A DNA stretch of 64,000 bases from an uncultured Actinomycetes bacterium (lineage in GTDB: Bacteria > Actinomycetota > Thermoleophilia > UBA2241): NCBI GenBank assembly GCA_963845355.1, contig CAWJRV010000028.1, positions 1,427 to 65,426 of the forward strand. The letters run 5' to 3'. Below are positions 47,841 through 54,364 of this stretch, in pieces. The notes beneath the pieces were generated by a model. The model was not told the origin of the DNA. It saw only the letters and a list, made by a program, of their open reading frames with translations, and made no database searches. How positions within the stretch are numbered: position 1 is the stretch's first letter; the number at the start of each line of letters is the position of its first letter. A program made the translations under genes and the position numbers.

Positions 47841-48176
47841 CTAGCGCTCGCGACTTCGTCTAGCCTCGGTGTAGTCGCAGATGGTCGGATCGGAGAAGAT
47901 GATCGCGGCCTGGTCGCGCTGCTCGGCGATGTACTTGTCGAGCCAGTCGCCCGGGCGCTGTGCTTCGTGCTCGAGCTCGTGCGCCGCCTCGTGCAGTGCG
48001 GCCGGGGCCACCCGCTCGTCGTGCGTGACTGTTGGTCCCTCGAAGTCGATGAACCACTCGCCCGTGCGCTTGTAGACGACGATCAATTCCTCGACTCCGA
48101 AGCAGTCATCAGTGAAGTCGCCGATCTTGTCGAGTAGACGCTGCTTGCGACGGTCTGTCTGTGCGGTGGTGCCCAT
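47841..48176 (-). CDS. Hypothetical acidic protein
   Basis: Intact 111-aa ORF with coding-like composition (LIVVYKRTGEWFIDFEGPTVTHDERV...). No family recognised. Confidence 0.5.
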   Translation of the reverse strand: MGTTAQTDRRKQRLLDKIGDFTDDCFGVEELIVVYKRTGEWFIDFEGPTVTHDERVAPAALHEAAHELEHEAQRPGDWLDKYIAEQRDQAAIIFSDPTICDYTEARRSRER

Positions 48177-48964
48177 GGTCTCCTCCTTGCTTGATTCTTG
48201 CCTACGACCAGGACACTAGAGGAGCGTGTGCGAGTTGTCAACTACCGACCGTTACAGACAGAGACGAGGCTAGCTCAATGGTTTCAGACCGGCATCCTGA
48301 CTGGTTGACGCTCGCGCCCGGCATGTGTGCCCATGCTCCCATCGTGTCGGTTTCGGCAGACTTTCGGGGAGCGTACCTGTCCGTGTTGCGAACCGCCTTC
48401 GGTGGGACTGTCCGCGTCAGTGCGCGATCGGGATGGCTCGCTGGCGGCTTGCTGGACGAGGCGCGCCTCTACTCGGTACGCCTGCGTCCTGAACCGTTCG
48501 GTTCTGGACAGACAGGCTCGAAGCGTGCGGGACGGCAGCGATGGAGGCAAATCGGGACGGGGTGATGAAGGGGGCGCATTGCAAGGTCGGCAGATCGGGA
48601 CAAGCGGCGGCGTTTCGCACCAGGCGCGCGAATGCGTGCATCGGCATGCGATCACCCGGCATCGCCGCATCCCCTCTTTACCGGATGGACAGAAGGACGG
48701 ATGACAGGATGACCGCAGAGGCGGCTAGAAGCTCGCTGGGCGCACAGGGCGAGCCGTGTGCGTGTTCGTGCCTGCTTGAGCGTGGGACCTGCTCAGGCAC
48801 CTGCTTGGGAGTGCCTGCACGTGCTTGCGATCAGATGCACGACGCGCCGCGTCGCCGGATTGGCGAGGAAAAGGGGTAGGTGCTTTAGTGCGCGCGCGAC
48901 ATATTCGCGGAATTGGGAGCTTAGCCCAAGCGTTTCATAACACCGTCTATCCCATTCTTCTTGC

Positions 48965-49132
48965 TCACGGAGGCGGGATTCGGGAAGTGTGCAGGAGCGT
49001 GGCGCCCCAAGCGAGCCAGCCGGCGGCGAGGAAGGCTTGCGGGAAGCTGCGATCCACGATGCCCCCACAGACGAAGAGGACGCCCAGGATGCAGACGATG
49101 ATGCCGCCGAAATAGAATCCCTCGCGCTGCAT
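48965..49132 (-). CDS. 55-aa two-TM peptide
   Basis: MQREGFYFGGIIVCILGVLFVCGGIVDRSFPQAFLAAGWLAWGATLLHTSRIPPP. Below the ORF-track length cutoff. Confidence 0.4.
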   Translation of the reverse strand: MQREGFYFGGIIVCILGVLFVCGGIVDRSFPQAFLAAGWLAWGATLLHTSRIPPP

Positions 49133-49162
49133 CTCAGCTCATGCGGCGATAGCCGAGGTAGC

Positions 49163-49345
49163 TCAGAATCCACCTAGCAAGAACAGCACCAGGGCGATGG
49201 CGTCGGGATAGTAGAGCGCGTCGGGGCCGAGGGGATGGTTCAGCACGGCGTCGGCGATGACCACCACGCCCCAGAGCGCGATCAGCACGCCCACCGCGAA
49301 CAGCACCTTGCCCCTCATCTCGACCCCCTCATTCTCCATCGCCAT
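49163..49345 (-). CDS. 60-aa two-TM peptide
   Basis: MAMENEGVEMRGKVLFAVGVLIALWGVVVIADAVLNHPLGPDALYYPDAIALVLFLLGGF. Its ATG abuts the methyltransferase stop (TGA-ATG). Confidence 0.5.
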   Translation of the reverse strand: MAMENEGVEMRGKVLFAVGVLIALWGVVVIADAVLNHPLGPDALYYPDAIALVLFLLGGF

Positions 49346-49996
49346 TCACTTCGCGATGACAAAGTAGATCGTCGTGCGCCGAGGGTGGTGCGTCGTGAAC
49401 ACCGTCGCATCCGGCCCAAGGAAGTCGCACAAGCGATCGGTGCTCTCGAACTCGTTGTCGTGCTCCCGATTGCCCTTCCCCCTAGCTTCGGGCGCCACCT
49501 GCGGCGTCGACCCGACGATGTGACCACCCTCTGCGAGTGCGTCCCGCAAACGTGCCATCACCGCCCGCCCGTCCACTGCCGAAAGGTGCTCGATGGCCTC
49601 GAAGAAGCAAATGAGGTCGTACCCGGAGCCAGGCAGGGGTTTCCTGATGTCGGCGCAAGTGAAGGCAATGTTGCTGCGGGAGTGCCGTCGGCGAGCGACC
49701 GCAAGCGCTGCGGGATCACGGTCGAGAGCGTCGATGCTGCCGGCCGTGTCGGCCCAGAAGATATCGCTGAAGTAGCCATCGCCGCAGCAGACGTCGAGGA
49801 CCCTTCCACCCCCGGGAAGGTACAGAGCGAGCCAAGACGCCGCGCTCAATCCAGAAGAGGTTGCGGGGCCATAGCAGCTCGTCGATGCGATGGTCGTACC
49901 AAGTGTGCCTGCCGGCCCTCCACTGTTGTAGCAGGCGCTTCCCGGCGTGGCTGCGCACGACCGTTGCGAACTCGTAGATCTCGACTCCCCCCTCAA
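49346..49996 (-). CDS. Class I SAM-dependent methyltransferase with one frame switch (~49835-49845)
   Basis: GGRVLDVCCGDGYFS (motif I) and YDLICFFEAIEHL. The N-terminal sense (TWYDHRIDELLWPRNLFWIERGV) lies in the adjacent frame. Confidence 0.6.
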   Translation of the reverse strand: MRGESRSTSSQRSCAATPGSACYNSGGPAGTLGTTIASTSCYGPATSSGLSAASWLALYLPGGGRVLDVCCGDGYFSDIFWADTAGSIDALDRDPAALAVARRRHSRSNIAFTCADIRKPLPGSGYDLICFFEAIEHLSAVDGRAVMARLRDALAEGGHIVGSTPQVAPEARGKGNREHDNEFESTDRLCDFLGPDATVFTTHHPRRTTIYFVIAK

Positions 49997-50067
49997 AACC
50001 CCTCAGAGCATACGACCGCTACCGGACGGCAGCAATAGGCGCGTTACGTCGTCTGGCCGCCGCACGG

Positions 50068-50096
50068 TTGGTGGCATTTTGGTGACATGGTGACTT
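50068..50096 (+). promoter_or_regulatory. Three TGGTG(A/G)C(A/T)T repeats; candidate integrase arm-type sites (P arm)
   Basis: tTGGTGGCATttTGGTGACATGGTGACTTcgg lies ~115 nt inside attR, in the same orientation as the left-end copies. Confidence 0.4.
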
Positions 50097-50209
50097 CGGC
50101 TGCCCTCCTGTGGTCGTTTCCGGTTCCTTGGCCAGCGACCTGCTCGTATGCAGGAATTCTTGTCTTCGGTTCGGTTGGCTTCTGGAACCTTGCGGAAGCC
50201 TATGACGAA

Positions 50210-50270
50210 CTTGAAAACCGCCAGGGGTCGCAAGGCCCCTCGTGGGGTTCGAATCCCACCCCCTCCGCCA
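50210..50270 (+). repeat. attR core: orphan copy of the tRNA-Ser 3' end with one extra G
   Basis: Identical to 28454-28513 except cgtGGGGttcg versus cgtGGGttcg. No tRNA 5' half lies upstream. Confidence 0.85.
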
Positions 50271-50287
50271 GAGCGCCTACGTGGCGC

Positions 50288-50491
50288 CTACGTGGCCGAC
50301 GGCACGATGTGCAGGTGTTCCCGCTCGAAAGGCAGGATCACCCAGCACTGCCGGCACAGCCAGACCGGCGGCTCGGCCTGCGCGTCCTGCCCCACGAGCA
50401 TGACCGGCGAGTCGCTCAGCTCCATGGAATGGCCGCATTGGGGGCAGTGCGGCACCTTGCCATGCTTGCCGCTGTTCTGAAGGGATGACAC
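50288..50491 (-). CDS. Small Cys4 zinc-ribbon protein
   Basis: GTG follows GGGAGAG. HCPQCGH...WLCRQCW. Confidence 0.55.
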   Translation of the reverse strand: MSSLQNSGKHGKVPHCPQCGHSMELSDSPVMLVGQDAQAEPPVWLCRQCWVILPFEREHLHIVPSAT

Positions 50492-50578
50492 AGGTCTCTC
50501 CCTGCTTTCTCGTTTCGTTAGTCACAGTTTCTCCGCTATGGGCAACGTCGACACTTCCGCGGCGCATATGATGACGGC

Positions 50579-51256
50579 ATGAGCAAAGGCCACGCAGCGC
50601 CGGGTGTCGGGGCCGTCATCTTCGACATGGACGGCCTCATGTTCGACACCGAGCGACTCGCTCGCCAGGCGTGGCGCTCAGCCCTGGCAGATCACGGCTA
50701 CGACCTCGACGACGACCTCTATCTCTCTGTCGTGGGCCGCACCGCGCAGGAGGCCCGCGCGATCTTCGCCCGGGCTCTGGGGCCCGGCCTGCCGATCGAC
50801 GATGTCGCCGGCGACGCGGCGCGACGCCTGCGGGACCTGCTCCTGCCCGTGCCACCCCTGAAACCCGGCCTCGTCACCTTGCTCGACGGCATCGGCGACC
50901 TGCGCCTGCCGGCCGGGGTGGCGAGCTCGACCGCGCACGCCGAAGTCGAGCGCCGTCTCGTGGCCGCCGGCCTGCGCCGGCGGTTCGCCGCCGTCGTGGG
51001 CGGAGACGAGGTCGCTCACGGCAAGCCCGCGCCCGACCTCTTCCTGATGGCCGGCGAGCGGCTCGGGATGGCGCGGGACCGCTGTCTCGTCCTCGAGGAC
51101 TCGGAGGCGGGTATCGGCGCGGCGGCCGCGGCCGGCATGATGTCCGTGATGATCCCGGACCTGGTGGCGGCCTCGCCGGCCGTCCGCGCGTCGGCCGTGA
51201 CCGTGGTCGCCTCGCTGTCGGACGTCCTCGCCGTCCTGCGTCCGCTCGTCTCCTAG
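50579..51256 (+). CDS. HAD-superfamily hydrolase (beta-phosphoglucomutase-like subfamily IA)
   Basis: VIFDMDGLMFDTE (motif I), ASST, and GKPAPDLF...LVLEDSEAG. Confidence 0.8.
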   Translation: MSKGHAAPGVGAVIFDMDGLMFDTERLARQAWRSALADHGYDLDDDLYLSVVGRTAQEARAIFARALGPGLPIDDVAGDAARRLRDLLLPVPPLKPGLVTLLDGIGDLRLPAGVASSTAHAEVERRLVAAGLRRRFAAVVGGDEVAHGKPAPDLFLMAGERLGMARDRCLVLEDSEAGIGAAAAAGMMSVMIPDLVAASPAVRASAVTVVASLSDVLAVLRPLVS

Positions 51257-51912
51257 CGCCAGACGACCAGGCGCCAGCCCCGCCGCGCCGCCGTGCGGGC
51301 CAGCGCGCGATGAGCGTTCACGGCGACCGCCTGGGCGGCGCGTTCGAGCAGCGCGACGTCGTCGACCGAGTCGCCGTAGGCGGCCGCGAGCGCCCAGCCT
51401 CCCCGACCGAACCGGTCGTCGGCGAAGCGGCTGAGAGCGGTCCACTTCTCCCGGCCCTCGAGCACCGGGCCGGCAAAGGCGCCTCGGCAGCGGTCGCCGT
51501 CTATGACGAGCTCAGAGGCGAGGCAGCCGTCGGCTCCCAGCCCAGTGGCGAGACGGCGCACGACCATGCCGAGCGAGGCGGACACCAGCAGGACGTAGAG
51601 CCCCCGGGCGCGCAGCGCGGCGATCTCGGCGCGGGCGTCGGCGCTCACGAGCGGCAGAAGCTCGGACACAAGCCGGTCGGCCATCTGTTCGGCGCGCGCC
51701 ACCGTCAGGCCGTCAAGGACGGCAAGCCCGCGACGCCGCGCCTTGACCGGGTCCATCAGCCCCAGCCTGTGCAGCAGGTAGATCGCCACGAGCCGCGCGA
51801 ATGCCGCCCGGCTGAGCAACCCTGCCGCGCGCAGGTGACGCAGAAGAACCGTCTGTGAGGCATGCTTCGAAAACAGGGTCCCGTCGACGTCGATTGCGGC
51901 GATCGAGGCCAT
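51253..51912 (-). CDS. HAD-IB family hydrolase (SerB-like)
   Basis: MASIAAIDVDGTLFS..., LLVSASLGMVV, and YGDSVDDVALL. Internal ATG chosen as start. Confidence 0.75.
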   Translation of the reverse strand: MASIAAIDVDGTLFSKHASQTVLLRHLRAAGLLSRAAFARLVAIYLLHRLGLMDPVKARRRGLAVLDGLTVARAEQMADRLVSELLPLVSADARAEIAALRARGLYVLLVSASLGMVVRRLATGLGADGCLASELVIDGDRCRGAFAGPVLEGREKWTALSRFADDRFGRGGWALAAAYGDSVDDVALLERAAQAVAVNAHRALARTAARRGWRLVVWR

Positions 51913-52080
51913 CGCGGCCTGCCCGGCCGGTGCGCTGCCTGCTTCAGAAACGTCGTTCACCCGCTGTCGCCGGCCTCCTGGTGCAAGCGCCCACGACCAC
52001 ATGGACACACGCGCATTCAAGGTTTCCCAGATTCCACCGATTCATCTCGTACCTGTCAGAGGATGGGAGGGAGAGTATCG

Positions 52081-52317
52081 ATGAACGACTGCGAAATGCT
52101 CGAGCGATGCATCTTCTTCAACGACAAGATGCACGATTATCCCTTTGCCGCGGAGCAGATGAAGAAGACTCTCTGCCTCGGCGACAACCGCGCCTGCGCA
52201 CGCTACATGGTACTCAACGCCCTGGGGAAGGACCACGTTCCCGGTGATCTGTTCCCCAACGACGTCGCTCGCGCCGAGCGGGTGATCGCAGACTCCGACG
52301 GCTCCTCCAGCGTCTAA
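52081..52317 (+). CDS. Small Cys-rich hypothetical protein
   Basis: ATG follows GGGAGGGAG. MNDCEMLERCIFFNDKMHDYPFAAEQMKKTLCLGDNRACARYMVLNALG. Confidence 0.5.
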   Translation: MNDCEMLERCIFFNDKMHDYPFAAEQMKKTLCLGDNRACARYMVLNALGKDHVPGDLFPNDVARAERVIADSDGSSSV

Positions 52318-52426
52318 GGGAGTCTGAGCTTGCCGCTCGCTTGCTCGACACGGTAGGGTCCTGCCGAGACACGCTCGCGAGGCGCGCCCGAACGGGTGCT
52401 CCCCGGCGTGGCGTCGCGGAGAGGCC

Positions 52427-53053
52427 TTGGCGCAGAGCAAGCTGATCATGTTCGACTTCGACGGCGTGATCGCCGACTCCCTCGACGATCAAAGCCGGGC
52501 CTACGTCTGCGCCATGCGAGCCGCGGGCTTCGCCGAGCTGGCGACACCCGGGCAGTTCCTCGAGTTCACCGAGGGCAACTGGTTCGAAGAGCTGGCGGCG
52601 GCGGGCGTTCCCGCGAGCGTGGTCGACGAGCTCGAGGACGCCTTTGGCGCCGGACCGAGCCCGCGACTCTTTCCCGAGATGGCCACGGTGATCGAGCGTC
52701 TTGCCGGCGCCCATCGGGTCATCGTGATCACCTCGAGTCGCACCAGCGTGGTCACGCGCGTGCTCGCAGAGCACCGCGTGCGCGGCGTGACCGAGGTGAT
52801 CGGAGGCGACCAGGACGAAAGCAAGACGCGCAAGATCGGCGACGCCCAGCGGCGCTTCGGGCGCGCGCTTACCGCCTGGTATGTAGGCGACACCGTGGGC
52901 GACATCATCGAGGCCCGGCGAGCGGGCGTCGGCACGGTCGGCGCGGCCTGGGGCTGGCACGGAAGCGAACGCCTGCGTCGCGCCAGGCCCGACCACCTGG
53001 CGCACGCGCCCGCCGACCTGCTCGACCTCTTCCAGGGCGGGAGCGGCGCCTAG
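52427..53053 (+). CDS. HAD-superfamily hydrolase (phosphoglycolate phosphatase-like)
   Basis: LIMFDFDGVIADS, VITSS, and YVGDTVGDIIEA. The start is TTG 52427 or ATG 52448. Confidence 0.75.
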   Translation: MAQSKLIMFDFDGVIADSLDDQSRAYVCAMRAAGFAELATPGQFLEFTEGNWFEELAAAGVPASVVDELEDAFGAGPSPRLFPEMATVIERLAGAHRVIVITSSRTSVVTRVLAEHRVRGVTEVIGGDQDESKTRKIGDAQRRFGRALTAWYVGDTVGDIIEARRAGVGTVGAAWGWHGSERLRRARPDHLAHAPADLLDLFQGGSGA

Positions 53054-53778
53054 CGAGGGGGAGCGGGCGCCACGAAGGTGACGACGTCGCGCAGCACGAA
53101 CGTGCCGGCCAGCCGGTCCCCGAGACGCTGGTGGTTGGCGTTGCCGGCGATGGCCACCATCGCCACCGGCACGCCGACAAACCAGAAGGCGCCGCTCAGA
53201 ATCTTCGTGAAGTTGCGCACGATGAGGGCGCCTATCCCGGGCCGCCCACCACCGTAGGCCACCACCCGCAATGACAGCAGGCGCTTGCCGAGCGTGGCGC
53301 CGAAGATCGCCTCGCAGATGAGGCAGTAGGCGCCGAATCCGAGCCACAAGGCGGCCTCGAGAATCAGGACCGGCCGCGAGGTAGTGCCGAGGTGGCTCCA
53401 GATGCCCTGGGCGCCGCCGAGCGCGCCCGACACGCCGATCACCAGGCCGACCGCCGCTGAAACGATGGCGTAGTCGATCACCGCTGCCGCCAGGCGGCTC
53501 TGCCAGGTGGCCAGCACCTGGGTGCGAGCCGCGGCGGGAGCAAACGCCATGACGCCGGGTGCCCCCGGGGCGCCCGGCAGCGCGCCGCCGAACGGGCCGC
53601 CCGCGGGCGGCCCCATGGGCGGAGCGAAGGGCGGCGGGGGCGGCGGGGGCGGCTGCTGCGCAGCCGCCCCCGCCGCGCCCGCGTCGTCGGCCGGCAAGCC
53701 GCGCACCGGGTAGCCGCACTTGAAGCAGTAGTCGTGGCCCACCGGCAGGCCCATGCCACAGTTCTCGCAGATCGGCAC
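53050..53778 (-). CDS. RDD-family membrane protein with an N-terminal zinc ribbon
   Basis: MPICENCGMGLPVGHDYCFKCGYP, a Pro/Gly-rich linker, then WQSRLAAAVIDYAIV and TM segments. Confidence 0.7.
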   Translation of the reverse strand: MPICENCGMGLPVGHDYCFKCGYPVRGLPADDAGAAGAAAQQPPPPPPPPFAPPMGPPAGGPFGGALPGAPGAPGVMAFAPAAARTQVLATWQSRLAAAVIDYAIVSAAVGLVIGVSGALGGAQGIWSHLGTTSRPVLILEAALWLGFGAYCLICEAIFGATLGKRLLSLRVVAYGGGRPGIGALIVRNFTKILSGAFWFVGVPVAMVAIAGNANHQRLGDRLAGTFVLRDVVTFVAPAPPR

Positions 53779-53788
53779 GGTCGCTACC

Positions 53789-54271
53789 CTACCGAGGTTG
53801 ACGCATCAGCAGGGCCCTGATGCTGTCGCGGTGGCGTTCCGACGAGACGCGCAGATGGGTGAGCACGCGGGCGACGTTCGCGGAGTCGCTGGCAAACACC
53901 TGGTAGGCGTCGCGCTCGACGATCTGCTGCTCGAAGTCGAGCGCCGTCTCGAGCGCCTGGACGAGCGTGAGACGGCTGTTTTCGGCGACCTCCATCTGGT
54001 CCCGCACCTCGCGGGTCGACTTACGCAGCTCAGGCAGCGGAAAGCGCTGCTTGTCGATGAACGTCGCCGGTTCGCCGTCGGAGGCTGCGAGGTCGCGCAT
54101 CAGCGAGCCGTGGCCGTACTCCTCGGCCGACAGCCCCTGCCAGAAGCTCGCCGTGTCGGGAAAGCACATGCCGTAGGCCGCGTAGAGGTCGCCGATGGCG
54201 TCCTCGTGGTCGGCGAGGGCGTCGACGACCTGCCTGGGCGTCGAGTCGCCGCTCGCGCCGCTGCTGCTCAT
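53789..54271 (-). CDS. Ferritin-like/four-helix-bundle hypothetical protein
   Basis: ALADHEDAIGDLYAAY...SAEEYGHGSLM...ALDFEQQIVERD. The helical E/H-rich pattern supports the fold; the function is not assigned. Confidence 0.5.
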   Translation of the reverse strand: MSSSGASGDSTPRQVVDALADHEDAIGDLYAAYGMCFPDTASFWQGLSAEEYGHGSLMRDLAASDGEPATFIDKQRFPLPELRKSTREVRDQMEVAENSRLTLVQALETALDFEQQIVERDAYQVFASDSANVARVLTHLRVSSERHRDSIRALLMRQPR

Positions 54272-54364
54272 GCTGCCTCCCGTGGTCCTCTCGGCCGGAG
54301 GTTCTTGATCGGCCGACCTGAGAGGTAAGTGTAGCAGGCTCTTCGCCGGCGCCCGGCCATCATC

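Larger units (their letters stand above)
28454..50270. mobile_element. ~21.8 kb integrated element (cryptic prophage/satellite/integrative-plasmid-like) in tRNA-Ser(TGA)
   Basis: Bounded by 60/61-nt direct repeats. An integrase lies next to attL, followed by switch, Xis and replication modules. Several stretches have visibly lower GC, and host-type genes resume right after attR. Confidence 0.85.

Noticed and set aside
28454-50270. Calling the island a tailed prophage
   Set aside because: I recognised no terminase, portal, capsid, tail or lysis genes. The C40 peptidase and the giant ORF alone are not sufficient.
28454-50270. Calling the island an AICE/ICE
   Set aside because: I saw no FtsK/TraB-type translocase, relaxase, VirB4/VirD4-like ATPase, Nudix (Pif) or GntR (Kor) gene.
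50210-50270. Additional tRNA gene at attR
   Set aside because: Only the 3' 61 nt (anticodon loop to CCA) are present, with an extra G in the T-stem. It has no acceptor 5' strand or D-arm, so it is an att remnant.
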